A stretch of DNA of 63,943 nt, counting the filler, from Sphacelaria rigidula (Eukaryota), in assembly GCA_964200075.2 (NCBI GenBank). It is 10 parts of 10 records of this genome, joined end to end, with 100 filler letters (N's around TTAATTAATTAA, not from the genome) between each part and the next. Parts side by side here need not be neighbours in the genome. Positions count along the whole stretch, not along the records: positions 19,216 to 25,520 come from CAXNAA020020899.1; positions 25,621 to 31,924 come from CAXNAA020020900.1; positions 32,025 to 38,328 come from CAXNAA020020901.1; 7 more parts are not named here. One strand, 5' to 3'. The notes beneath the pieces were generated by a model. It was not told where the DNA came from, made no database searches, and worked only from the letters and a program-made list of their open reading frames with translations. Made by a program: the position numbers and the translations under genes. Shown piece after piece: positions 24,041 to 36,632 of the stretch (position 1 is the first letter of the stretch; the number at the start of each line of letters is the position of its first letter).

Positions 24041-25739
24041 AGGGGGGGGAATGAACAATTGTGGTGAGTCCCTAAATTGTGCTATCTCAAGGTGAAGGCC
24101 ACCCTAGAGAACAAAGAGGAGATTCACATGACCGCACTCAACACACAATCCATGTCTTGGGGGTTACGTGGAGTAGAGTTTTATTGTGCTGAGGAAGCGG
24201 TCGACTGGCGGTAAGACGTGATATTTTCCGCTGGAACTATCGCATAAGAGTCATGAACCAGGGTGATCCAGTCTTCTGCGGACCATCGCGTTTGGGCAGC
24301 CCTTGAGAAAGTCTCCCAGCAAGCTCTACTCTGAAGTAGGCTCCACTGCGGGCTATCATACCAACAAAGAAAAGGTCATAACTGCTGTGGCGGGCAGCAT
24401 CGCGAAAATCTTGACATTTAGCCCCAACCGAATGCAAAAGACCGCATCAGATGCAGAAGAGTGCCGCCAAAGGTCGTATGTGTGCGGGCATTCACAAAAC
24501 AACAGCCCGCCACCATCAGCCCACCACCTGCAAACGAAATCTGATCCGGGTGAGTAAACTCTAATTGTAGCTCAGGCCCGAAGGTTTCGATGCCTCTAGA
24601 TTCGATTTCCTCACGAGAAGCGAAAGACACGTGCGCCTGTACCACATTGAGAAAACTGGGAAGCACAGCTTCGTCACCGCGAAGCCATTTCTCTCCATGC
24701 TCGTCACGCCTACATGCGTTTGTTTCAATAGTTTTTACGCAGCGCATCTCTTCATCTACGCAACGCATCTCTTTTTTCAGTGCTAAAACGCACACGTGAG
24801 AGCATTTTCGGCGTTTGAAGAGAGGCCAGGCCATCGCCGCCCCTCGGTCGCCTCCCCGTCACACAGGCCACGAGTCACAAAACGTCGACAGTATGCCGAC
24901 GGGCTTTGGATTTTTCGGTAATTTCCGCCGCCCCCAAGCCGAGGGACGGCGAGAATATATGAAGATGCGATGGAGATATTTAGCCCGTGCAATGGGCTGA
25001 GGGTCCTGATATGAACAAGTGGGATCCAACGCGACTGTGCAAACACAACTTGAAATGAGTCACACAAAAGCACAGAAGTCAAGAAGTGCAACACCGTCCA
25101 GTACGTACGGTTACAGCGTTACAGCAGGAGACATCGTTGATGGCGGATTTGAGCCACTTTGGCGTAACGTCTTGCCTGCCTAAGCAAGGGCACGTGCTGT
25201 GTTGTTAAGTGGGTGTGCTGTGCTGTGGAAGGAGAGCGCGTCTCTCTTCACCCTCTAACCGCCACGGTAGGTCACCCATGGAAGCTGACATCGTTTCCAA
25301 TTGAACAATGAGGCAAAGATTCAGACGGCCACCGTGGCGGTGAATGGGTAAACAACATCTTGCCAACAGGGGCTAAGGTAAACGTAAACTGCAGCAAGGT
25401 CCTGATTGAATATTGGAGGGGGGAAACCAAATTTCCGAAAATCGTGTTTTTCGGGGGAAACAAACCTTCCACGGCTCTGGACAAATCATCACGACTCAAA
25501 ATCACCAAATTCACGATTTCNNNNNNNNNNNNNNNNNNNNNNNNNNNNNNNNNNNNNNNNNNNNTTAATTAATTAANNNNNNNNNNNNNNNNNNNNNNNN
25601 NNNNNNNNNNNNNNNNNNNNGTGCTTTCTCCACACTTTCGTCATTGGGCACCATCGCTGAAAGTGTGGAGAAAGCACTGTTGTTTTAGGTTTGAACCTCA
25701 TCTCGGAGTTAAACCTCAACTCGCACGATTTGTTGTTCA

Positions 25740-26259
25740 TCCTTGATAGGACTGTAAGAAAGAAATTTACGAAAGGGCAGACTGGAATAAGGTGGAGTAG
25801 GGAAGTGGAGAAGGTTATGAGAGGTGATAGGAGGAAACCAAGACGAGATGCTGTCCGTAGATGAATGCACGGGGTACAATACAAAAGTAAGATATTATGA
25901 TACAAATAAGGCAGGGGAAAGCGCTTATACGCAAAGTAGACGAGGAAGAACACCTACCTGAAGATATTCGGGGAGTTGAGAGAGGGGATATGGATGACAA
26001 CATGTGTGCAATGGACGGGGCGAAAAATAGAAACTTCGATTTTGGGTTTAGGACATGGACCTGCCAGGATGAAGGAAGAGATGAGCCAGTGGTCGAGAGG
26101 AGGAGGAAGTGATGCGCGGAATTTCCCCTGTGTGGCAAAACAATGCAAAGCAGCGAACTCATGAAGTTGCAGAATGTGAGCTGTACAAGGGGGAACAGAC
26201 GTTATGGGGGAGAAATGCGGGACGCGAACGAAGATGACGTGAAATCGTTTGATGCACTA
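25740..26259 (+). mobile_element. Fragment of the same LINE family (post-RT region)
   Basis: Resembles the reverse complement of about 21690-22165 (GKAL.R.VDEEEHL, FPC...); interrupted at 26260 by a MITE. Confidence 0.8.
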
Positions 26260-26461
26260 TGTAATGCGTGAGAGGACCGCGTGCTTACTTAGAGGACCGC
26301 GCAGTAGTTCAAAATACCTCAGGATCGACGTTTCCAAAACCGATCGGGTCAGTCCCTGCAGGTACCACATCCCTGACCCGAACCCCAACACTAACCCTAA
26401 CCCTAACGCTCACCCTAAGGATGTTCAATTTCCGATGCGGTCTTCTAAGCACGCGGCCCTC
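26260..26461 (+). mobile_element. TGT...ACA MITE with a CCCTAA core, copy 1 (right TIR truncated)
   Basis: TGTAATGCGTGAGAGGACCGCGTGCTT start; internal ctaaccctaaccctaa. Confidence 0.75.
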
Positions 26462-27651
26462 CAATGTATGGCAATTATTACGAAATAGTACGAGCCGGCG
26501 GCAGGTCATTTGCTCTTGACATCGAAAGGTGCTCCCATGTGGGGGCGTAGGCGGTGGGCGTGGACGTCGTCGCGCAAAATGTTGATGCACCAAACATTCT
26601 CGATGCGGTGCTCTCAACGAAGTACAGAACATTAATGTAATGGTCTTCCACCTTTTTGAGCGTCAAATTCGATTGTGCTGTACTCCAGTCCTTTATCGAG
26701 ATGTTGATGTCATTCCGCGGCAGGGGTTGCACACTTACTTGGACCCAAATGTTTCTCTTCCAGGGGGCTACAACGTGAAACGTTCACAATACTAATGCTC
26801 AGGACCTTCCCGTTCGAAATATTACTGAGATATCCCCAGTCCATAGGGATGCAGCCCGGGGCGTGCTTTTCACGTTTTTTATCCGCCGTTTTCGGATGAG
26901 ATATATTATGGCTCACAAAATTCAAAGCTGAGGACCATGTTGTACATTCCTTCTATGCACGGCATGATCAAAACGAACATATATATCGTGTGACATCCCA
27001 CACTTACTTCAGTTTGACAGGGTCACCTTCGATACTCCCGGCCGATTCCCCTCAACATCGAACACAAATAACAACCACAGCACAGTGATTATGATGCACC
27101 CAGTAGAACATCGAGGGCTAGATGTCATTTCTGCGGTACAAACATGCGGCAACCACTTGTCCAGCCTTACTGGTCCATCTCTGGCTTCGGTCACGGATTA
27201 TAGTTCTTCAATCGTTTACCTAAAAACGAAACATTATGTGAGATGATTAGCGAACAGTTACTACTCAAACCAATATGCGCTGAAAAAAACGACTGCGTCC
27301 TGAAATTGAGCACAGCGCGAATGGCTTACTTGAACCAGCTGCACTCAAACCACACCTAGTTCAGATGCCTCAGCAAAATTCACGCAAGGTGCGGGGATCG
27401 AGGTGAGGCCCTCGATGCGGTTTTGAGGCTAATTGGTACGAATGTGGTACTATCTTAACAGAGCCCCTCGTCAGCGGAATGGAACATTTCCCCTGTACAG
27501 TGGGTGGGTCAAACCTCACTCCGGTGCAGAGGAGCGTGCACGCGATCGCCAACTCTCTGAATTCCTTCGCGGAACGGTGACCGCAGGACTTCAACAGTAC
27601 AGCTCCCGCCTGGCGACATGTTAAAAAACGCTGGGGAGCCAAGCTACGATA

Positions 27652-27730
27652 GGGTGGGGAGGGGGCGTACTCATCCTTTGCTTGCCTTGGTCGTGTAACC
27701 ATGGACCACGCATCCCTTTCGAGACGGAGG
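27652..27730 (-). mobile_element. Extreme 3' end of the LINE family with a C-rich tail
   Basis: gggggcgtactcat...accacgcatccctttcgagacggag on the + strand. Confidence 0.75.
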
Positions 27731-29819
27731 CTTCCCGTGGCTTTTCACGGTTGAGCCCCGATGAACGTGCGTCACCCACGCACATTTTGTAGGTATACTA
27801 TATATATATATATATGTATATATATTGCCACCCTCTCTGTGTTATTTCTCGAAAAACGCATATATATATATATATATATATTATTTTTTACATGATGGGA
27901 GATTGAAAAGTGCTCGCATGGTCGATCATCAATGAACGTAGCGTCAATGGATTTGTGCTCATGAATTGGCGAAACACACGACTGGATGCGCCTGCCTGCT
28001 CAGTGTCACTTGTCGTATTACAGCACAATTGTAGCGGACCACCCAACACCATTACTCAATACTTGTGATGTACTTCAAGCAGCAGAAAGCGCGGCTTGCC
28101 AGTGGTGCAGGTTTGAAGACGTGAAAAGACATTGCGGCACAAAACGGCACACACACCTGTAATCAGTTTACGGGGAAGACGACGGCATACTTCAAGCGGG
28201 GTAAAGCGGGGTTGCTGATCGTGCATGTTTGCAGGTGTTGAAAGCAATGTTGCGTAAAACACCGCAAGTACACCCGTCTCATCTTCACGTGGAACGTTCT
28301 GTACGGTAATAAAATGCCAGCATATCATGCAGTTTTCATCCGCGTCAGTATGGTTGGTGCGGATTTCCGACCTGTCCAACCACGCCTTGCACGGTATAGT
28401 CATGTTTGCGTCTACGACGCTCGGAGAGCGACCTCATGAAAGCAGCGAGGTACCCAACACCCCAGAACCGCAACGACGTACGTGCTGCAGAACCGAACGC
28501 AAACGGCTCTGGTTCACAAGAAAGATACGTGTGAGCGTTGTAGTACCCGTAAGCAGCGGCTGAGGTGACTTCCAACTACAGGCGGTGCAAACATGATGAA
28601 GAACTGGGACTATGCGTTTGAATCCGCATAGTAATAGTGGCGTTGCGTGATGTGCTCACGAAATGCGCCCAGGTCACTCGTTACCAAAGGCCGGGGCGGA
28701 GGTGCAGCGTGTCGCAGGAGGCGATGCATGGACAATATTTATTGTATGCCCAGTAGTCTACATATCATGTCTGTGCTGATGAGAGGATGTATACTCTGCT
28801 TCGGGTTGTGAAAAATCAAAGATTTTATGCCGTCGTATTCTGTTCGGCAACACCATGACGATGTTCAACCAACATTGCCAACGACATGTGACATTCCAGC
28901 TTTGATTTACACATCTATCTGTGAACGAACACCGCTGTGCGCACCGCACCGCGCACACCCGGGGTGAGGTGCATAAAAATTGTCCGAGGCGCGGCTAGAT
29001 TCGACAGAGCACACGGCACACCCCTGCAAACTCCCAGTGCATCCGTAAACCTCCTCGATGCAACCTGACTCACCTTTGGTTGAAAAGAAACCGTGCTTGC
29101 TGTGCTTCTGCAGTGGTTTTGGGTGATGTCAGAAGCTGGTGTAGATTATGGGATGGACTGATGGCGTGTGCACGCTGTCGTTTGGCTGACTGCGTGGATA
29201 GGGATGAGCGGCTGGGGGGATACTACTGGGTCTTTTTCCACCTGTTTCATCGCAACAAAAGTTCCTCCGGACCAGTGGGGATGGTATCTCTAGTCAACTG
29301 GAGAAGGAATGTAATTGAGCCGAAGGTTCGAAAAGTTCAGCTGGCTGTTTACGCGAGCTCGAAGTCAAAATACAATCGACGTCGAGTTGAGTTGTTGCGC
29401 ACCCCCCACCACTTCCACGATTCCCCGTCAACGAAGAGGAACCCGCCACCTTGTAACGCAAACATCCGTTACAGAGGTCATGGCGGACGTCACAGCTTGC
29501 TCACTAGACCGACAAAAATATCCCATACAAATAAATAGTCGTTGTTCATTATGCGCCCCTAGTCGCTAGCTGCGTACGTGCGTACTTGCGAATATTTAGG
29601 GATGGATCATTTTCATGTCGGCATTACCCGTGTATACTCCTTCACATATCATGCGAAAAAAACGAGATCTTAGACTCGTTCGTTCAGCTCTGCGGAAGAT
29701 TCCGAAACTCTTTTCTCGTGTGTGGTGTGAGTAGCAAGCGCAGGTGACGCAAATTGTGCACTTGTAAGCAATGGAGGTGAGCAGGCCCAAATCCTACTGT
29801 TTACCTTAAAATCAAGAAG

Positions 29820-30035
29820 TGCGTGAGAGGACCGCGTGCTCAGGGGACCGCATCGTTGTATGGTTCGAAACACCTCAAAATCGACATATATATTTTGAAA
29901 CCAGTCGGGCCGGTCCCTGCAGGGACCACGCCTCTGACCCTAATCCCAATACTAACCCTACTCCTACCCGCCTAACCATATGGATGTTGAAATTCGATGC
30001 GGTCCTCTAACCACGCGGTCCTCTCGCGCATTACA
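29820..30035 (+). mobile_element. TGT...ACA MITE, copy 2
   Basis: Right end CGCGGTCCTCTCGCGCATTACA|AAGTG. Left flank AAGTG with the first ~7 nt of the TIR missing. Confidence 0.75.
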
Positions 30036-30061
30036 AAGTGATCAGCTCGCGTGATCCCTAC

Positions 30062-30272
30062 TGTAATGCGTGAGAAGTCCGCGTGCTTCGAGGATCGGGC
30101 CGTAGTCCAAAACACCCCAGGATCGACGTTTTTCGAAACCAATCGGGTCAGTCCCTGCAGGCACCACGCCCCTGACCCTAACCCAAACACCATCCCTAAC
30201 CCTAACTTTAACCGTAGGGATGTTCAAGTTCAGATGCGGTTATCTAAGCACGCGGTCCTATCACGCATTACA
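30062..30272 (+). mobile_element. TGT...ACA MITE, copy 3 (complete, 211 bp)
   Basis: CCTAC|TGTAATGCGTGAGAAGTCCGCGTGCTT...AAGCACGCGGTCCTATCACGCATTACA|CCTAC, a 5-bp TSD. Confidence 0.85.
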
Positions 30273-31824
30273 CCTACTGTACTGACTGGCTCCTAACTGA
30301 CACTATACTAGGTATGCGCCTGCAAATACTCTGTTGTACTGCTGATAGACTACGTTATCAAAACTGTGCGTTTCAACGTTGATTTCTGGTGCCGGTTCGC
30401 ATAAACTCCACTGGCTGTATGAAACAACGTTTGTTTGTGGTTCACGTCGAGTTCGATCTCGACGTACGAAGGTTGACACACGCGCGGACAACTTGGTCAA
30501 CCTGGCTGGTGCGGACGCTGGCCGGTCGTTATCGCCTGTAGCGCCGGACGTGTACGTTGATGCAATCCGCGTCTTTTGATCGCAGCTTTCAAGTGAAAAT
30601 GATGCCAACCCAAGAAAAAATAGGAGACAACTCCGGCGTATTTTCGAATCTGAGCTCGAGAGAGTATTTCAAAGGCCCAAAAAGAGACAGCAGTGGAGGA
30701 TGATCGGAAAGAAAATGACATCGGTCATTTCACTTGCTGCCTGTGTGTGGTGCTACCCAGCGCCGTGTCCGAGCGTGAAGATCGAGTTTGGACACTTTTT
30801 ATAGATGAAGCTAAATGACGGTGTGCAGCACCCCCATATATGTGTGTGCACTGTCCACACTTTAACGCGTGCGCGTGCTTTTTGGACCGCATCGAAGTTG
30901 AAACACATCAAGGGTTGGGGTTAGGATCGAGGTCAACACAGATGGACATTCGGCTACAACTGCAGGATCGAAGGCACAGCACCCTGTCAAGGTTGACTCT
31001 TGAGACGACCTTGACAGTTGCCACCACCTACCAGGTTATCCAAATGTACGGACCCTGCACAGCATGAGACCTTGTGCAAGGAGTCAGATGTCATTCACCC
31101 TGTACAACGGTGGATCCTGCACAGGGTTGGCCCTGACTTGTAAGGCATGCCTTACTTTTTGCCTTAGAGCCCTTTTCCAGAAAGGGGTTGCCCGAGAGGG
31201 GGCTATGGCGCTTGAGATGCTTGTGTAGGCGAGGCAAGCCTCGGTATCACGAAAATGGGAATAAGGCAAGCAGAAACAAACGCCAACTTCTATGAGAGGG
31301 GATTTGGAGTTATTTGGGATTATTTCTCGTTAGGACATGAGCATGCGGAATATTTAGAGGTACGGGCTCCTTTTCTAAAAATCACACAGCGACAAGCAGA
31401 CAGCAGACCATCTTCAACGTCAAGCTACTGTACTGCACTGCCTTGCATTCGCGTACTGCTGCTAGGATACCACTATTCTGACAGTCCAGCGGGATCATGT
31501 CTACGGTAGTAGAGGGTCGAGGCGCTGCTGGTTCTGCAGCTGCTGCATCATCCACCGCTCCAGCTGCCGCTCCCGCTGCCGCTTCCGAAACACTACTGCA
31601 GCTTCCGGGAGCGCGGCCGCCTGCAGCAGCCCCGTCCCCAGTTCTTGTTTAAAAAATAGAATTCAATCCCACCCAACCATCCATCCATCCATCCATCCAT
31701 CCTCGAACAATCTTTGATACATATATCCATCAATGATTATACAGTCTATTACAAATAAATTAAGCGCCTCTTATTTTTTTTGTGAGCTATTGCTATTTCT
31801 GAAGCCCCGTGTCGAGCTTTTTTA

Positions 31825-31924
31825 CGAGCTGGGCCAGCCTAAAAACAGATTCAAGCTCTAAGGCCAGATGTTATGGCAAACAGATTTTTGGCCCACGGAT
31901 TGTTCACTTTTATGACGTTTGACC
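31825..31924. mobile_element. Left end of a CGAGCTGGGCC-family element, cut by the contig end
   Basis: TA|CGAGCTGGGCCAGC...aggccagatgttatgg, similar to 10564-10670. Confidence 0.7.
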
Positions 31925-32789
31925 NNNNNNNNNNNNNNNNNNNNNNNNNNNNNNNNNNNNNNNNNNNNTTAATTAATTAANNNNNNNNNNNNNNNNNNNN
32001 NNNNNNNNNNNNNNNNNNNNNNNNTCTAGAATCGTTAGGACCCTCTGAACCAGACAGAATTTCGCGAAAAAAGTGCACCCCTACCGTAGCATTGCTCTAG
32101 AAAAAGATGCGATAGTTGTTAATGTGCAAGAAAATTTCTTTGACCCCGCAGTGGTAACTTTCGAACACCTACTCGTAGTCCAGCATCTCCTACCGCGCGG
32201 AGCATGCGAGCTCCAGGAAATTGTCGCGCTGTTACATTCCCCGTTGATTGCAATTGGTGCGCACGTAGACAGCTGCTTCGCAAGCAGTAACCAACACTTT
32301 TGTACACGGTTCATTAAAAAAAGAGGATGTAAGAGCAGCCTGCTTGTTTCTTAAAGTCATAATCTTTACGTTTAATGATAATAATAGGAGACTATTGTCA
32401 GACCCCGCTGGGCATAAAGGTGATACGCATATCTTGGTACATGTACGCATCTCTTTGCTCTCTCTCTCTCTATATATATATATACTTCCCCTGACACATA
32501 AGTTAGCTCGATTATGGTCGGCAAATCCTATCTTGTGAACGGAAGGGCGTGCGGTGCTATAGTTAGGTTCATTGCAAAGCTACAGTCACGGAGATGCTCA
32601 TGAAGAAAAAAATAACCGAGTTGCTATTATTGAGAATCTGTGGGGTCAAAAAAACGTATTTTGGCCAATACTCTGGGAATTCTTGTAGAATGTATTTGAG
32701 AATTGTTTTAGAACTCTTGAATAAAAGCTCGTTTACCGCCCCTCTTCGCGGCACAACCACAATGGGTACCGTAAGCACCTTCCCGCGTC

Positions 32790-33045
32790 GCCAGCAGGGC
32801 GTTGAGGTGCCATTGGGCCAAGGCTATGCCCTGGCGATGGAGGTAGCGCTGGCCATACCGCCAGGCAAAGTAAGGCTGCCCAAGGGAGTTGCAGGCCCCC
32901 TCGCCCAGCGCTACGGTGTTGGCGCCAAAAACCCCGCACAGCTACGACTGCAGAAATGCTGCAAAGCACAGATCGAAGGCACCCAGGAGCTTGACCTCTC
33001 TGACAAACCTCGTAGTGGGCGGCCGTCGCTGCTTACTCCATTTTT
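32790..33045 (+). pseudogene. Possible Tc1/mariner transposase N-terminal (HTH) relic
   Basis: LAQRYGVG....LDLSDKPRSGRPSLLTP resembles the 'L.D.PRSGRP' linker of Tc1/IS630 transposases. No DDE/D core follows. Confidence 0.5.
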
Positions 33046-33741
33046 CTTGTGTTTTTCAACCCCGGAAAAGGGGCAAAATGTGGCCTTTTGGGGGCTGACT
33101 GATTGTTCTTGGGCCGCTTGCCCATGCAGAAGGCTGCGCGAAAACAAATGGAGGGGTTTCGTCTCAAAAAAATGGCAAAATATTTACAGAATATCATCGT
33201 CAACGGCACCGGGCATGGTTAAGGACCGTGTAAACGTAATCGAGCTAACTTATGTGCCAGAGGAAGCACGTGTTTCCACCAAGACCATCACACTCATTGA
33301 ACTGTGTGCCATCATTTCTGGAAGTCAAAATGAAGCCACGCCATATACGTTTGTCTGGTCTTCCTCTAGTGCCCAGATACTCCGAAATCAAGACGGCACT
33401 ATCTTACACTACCCTGAAGCCCAGTAGTCGATACGCTCCACACCACGATCAGTCAGTTGCGAGCATCCACACTAAAATACGTGCTCGACACACGCCACAC
33501 TAACATGTACAACTTCGTACATCTGTACCCCGACACCCCCCCCCCCCCCCTCCCGTCCCCTTTCTCTTCAAATGTTTTCTGTACTTTCAGCATATGCTAT
33601 TTTTGTTTATGAACCTGACCCACACCTTAGAACCTAGATTTATTGCGGAAGAGTACCTCCGGCCCACCAGCTTCAACGCCGGGAAGCTCGATAACGCTAC
33701 AACTGGGGCAGCACCGCCCTTTTTGTGAGCACCATGCAACC

Positions 33742-34100
33742 GGTCGCCCCGGTGGCTCAGTCGGTAAACTCGAAACCTTCTGACGGTTGGGTCGCGGGTT
33801 CAAACCTCGGAGCGATCTGGGATATTTTCTCACACGATGCCCAGCAGTGAAAGCGACCATGTCGTGGGTACACGAAAGTCGACTTAACGGTCGACGAGGG
33901 AAAGGGACTGCTGAACCCCTCTCGCGATAAAAAATGAAGGCGAGCACCGCAAGAGGAAGGTGGAGTACTAAAAACAGATGAAAGAGAAAATACTCTCGTG
34001 TTCACCTTCCTCTTATGTGACCCCGGCTGCTGCGCCCACATATACCGAAAGCTGCAGACCGGCGTACAGAATAGATGGGACGACACCACAACGCACACAT
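33742..34100 (+). mobile_element. tRNA-derived SINE (~360 bp)
   Basis: A box TGGCTCAGTCGG (~33753) and B box GGTTCAAACC (33797-33806) in a degenerate tRNA-like head, then a unique body and a CA-rich tail. Confidence 0.75.
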
Positions 34101-35510
34101 ACCTAATTACAACACATACGTCGTACAGCGTATTTTTCCGATATACCCGATCCTCCTTGGCTCCAGAATATACAGCCAACGCGCCCCCGATATTGAACAT
34201 TATGCAGGTGTCGAGAAAGGGGAGGGGACTTACGAGTAGGACGCGAAAAAAATGGTAAGTATATCACGTATAATATCGTGCTGTACTTTGTACACCATGC
34301 CGTATTCTGTGTTGCGTACTCACTGCACCGCGCTGTAAAGACCTCGCGCACTATCAAGATGTACAACCACTAGCTACAATATTAAATGTCTGAACTACCA
34401 CCACAACGACCACTGATGACATCACACCACACACTACTTACACAAAGGCATGCTGTCAAATCGCTGCGTATTGACATGAATACCACTGCACATGAAACTC
34501 TCCACGACAAGCCGGCGGCAGAAAGGAAGACAGGGGTGAACAATACAAGACGGCAACAAACGGCCGACGGCAGGGTACTCGCACGTTAACCCGCAACACT
34601 GCACCAGCCTGGCCTTCACGTCTTGCGAGATGTTCTTGCATGCACTCATTGAGGACATTTTCATCATCTGGGCCTAGAACCAAAGGGGGCACCAACCAGC
34701 CACTGTACATCACGTGAACTAGAACCTGAGTCAAAACGAATAGACCATGACAATATTTGCAGGTCACGTCGCCATTCTGCTTCTTCCTATAACCTCAGTC
34801 GGTGACCGAACGATGCTAGCTTCATCTCTTGAAGTAGAGAGAGCTGCATAGGGTCATGGAGCAAACGCACGTAGGTCAGGATCACATCCATGCCTCGTTG
34901 AAGAACAAAACACAGCACTGAGAAAAACTCACAACAAAACACAGCTAGCTAGGACAGCGTACGCTCACTCCACGTTGGTTCACTCCACGAAAAGTACTTC
35001 CACAACCACAAGACACCTTATTTTGTGTTCCAACACAATACAATCGGCTCAACACTTGGAACAACCTCACAGGACGCCACATGCAAACGAATATAAATCT
35101 CCAGCAGCAACAGTTCCAGGGTACAGTATACCCACCACATCAAGCCTAATCAACACCACATGAACGACGTTTCGGCGTGCATTCATCATCACCTCCATAC
35201 AGCAAACCCAAGGACACCACTCTCCCACATCTCTGTCCCCATGAGTGGATGCTACACAAATGCTGTCGCCACGGAGTCTTTTCCTCCACTCCCCTGCAGC
35301 GACATATCTTCCACTTCTCTGGCAGCCGTCACTTGTAAGAAGTGGCCCCGCTCGATTGCCCTCCATACATGATCACTCGTGGTCGACCTTCTTCTACTGC
35401 TGTACCGCGAGAGCAGAACCACCACCTGACCTACCCCTGATCGCCGTCGCAATGGCCCGTGCCCGGCGCGATGACAGTTCGGCGGCTTGTCTCTCGTGGG
35501 CAGCCGCTGC

Positions 35511-36632
35511 CTATCTCGCCGCCTGGCGCTGTCTCACCTCGTCCATGTAGACTACCCGACGACCTGGCGCCACACCACCCGCATTGAGGACAGGCACCTG
35601 CGGAGAACACGCGGCCGGTGCCCGCCCGTATCCTCCGCCCCCCGAACCTAGTGTTGCTGGTGCCGCTGGTGCTGCGTGCGGTGCGTACGCTGTCGCTGCT
35701 GTGGAGTTCGCGGCCCTGACAGCCTCGCGCTGGGCCTGGTACATGAGTTCCAGGCGGTCGGCACGCGCCGTCAGACCCACAGGTCGGGCAAGGTCTGGTA
35801 CCCCGCTACCACACCCCGTGGTGAGGATCGGCGTCTGGGGGCACGGCGCGGCCGGTTCCTGCCCGTACCGTCCCACTCCCGCACCCTGTGCTGCTGGTGC
35901 TAGTGTTCGTACTGGTGGTCCCCCGCGGGTTGCTGGCACGATGCTGTGTGCGACAGCTTCGCGGCGCTGCTGCCCCGGTCCTTGGGTCTCGACCATTCTC
36001 CCCACACCTCCGCCGACTACACGACCAGTCACACCGACGCCTACACAAGGATCGGTGGCCCGAGCCACACATCCCACAGGACCCCTACCGCCCACTACCG
36101 CTTGCGCTGCTCTGGCCCCAGCGCGCTGCTGCCCTGGTCCTTGGGTCTCGACCATTCTCCTCACACCTCCGCCGACTACACGAGCAGTCACACCGACGCC
36201 TACACAGGGATCGGTGGCCCGAGCCACACATCCCACCAGACCCCTACCGCCCACTACCCCTTGCGCTGCTCTGGCCCCAGTGCGCTGCTGCCCCGGTCCT
36301 TGGGTCTCGACCATTCTCCCCATGCCTCCGACGACTACACGAACAGGCACACCGACGCCTACACAGGGATCGGTGGCCCGGGCCACACATCCCACCGGAC
36401 CCCTACCGCCCACTACCCCTTGCGCTGCTCTGGCCCCAGCGGCTGCTGTTGTCGGCGCTGGTGCTACTGTTGCTGACGCAACCGCTGCTTCCAGCCCAGC
36501 GGTATAGGCGGCCACCAGAGCCTCGCTGAAGCGCTGCCCCTTGATGGCCGCGTCCAGGCGCGCCATGATGGCCCTAGTCTCCAAGCGCATCGCCGGATCG
36601 GGGTTCACGCATCCCTTGATGAGGCGGATCAT
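35511..36632 (-). CDS. Exon encoding a protein-kinase C-terminal subdomain followed by a repetitive G/V/A-rich tail
   Basis: ttccag|ATG; MIRLIKGCVNPDPAMRLETRAIMARL resembles kinase subdomain XI (LI..C...DP..R). 374 open codons. Confidence 0.6.
   Translation of the reverse strand: MIRLIKGCVNPDPAMRLETRAIMARLDAAIKGQRFSEALVAAYTAGLEAAVASATVAPAPTTAAAGARAAQGVVGGRGPVGCVARATDPCVGVGVPVRVVVGGMGRMVETQGPGQQRTGARAAQGVVGGRGLVGCVARATDPCVGVGVTARVVGGGVRRMVETQGPGQQRAGARAAQAVVGGRGPVGCVARATDPCVGVGVTGRVVGGGVGRMVETQGPGQQRREAVAHSIVPATRGGPPVRTLAPAAQGAGVGRYGQEPAAPCPQTPILTTGCGSGVPDLARPVGLTARADRLELMYQAQREAVRAANSTAATAYAPHAAPAAPATLGSGGGGYGRAPAACSPQVPVLNAGGVAPGRRVVYMDEVRQRQAAR
35964..36440. repeat. Three near-identical 159-bp (53-codon) tandem repeats
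   Basis: gcgctgctgccc.ggtcc at 35964, 36123 and 36282. Confidence 0.95.

Noticed and set aside
32594..33427. 277-aa ORF as an intact gene
   Set aside because: Only a short transposase-like motif is recognisable; the rest looks like chance read-through.
33742..33820. Functional tRNA gene
   Set aside because: Stems pair poorly and the sequence continues into a SINE-like body and tail.
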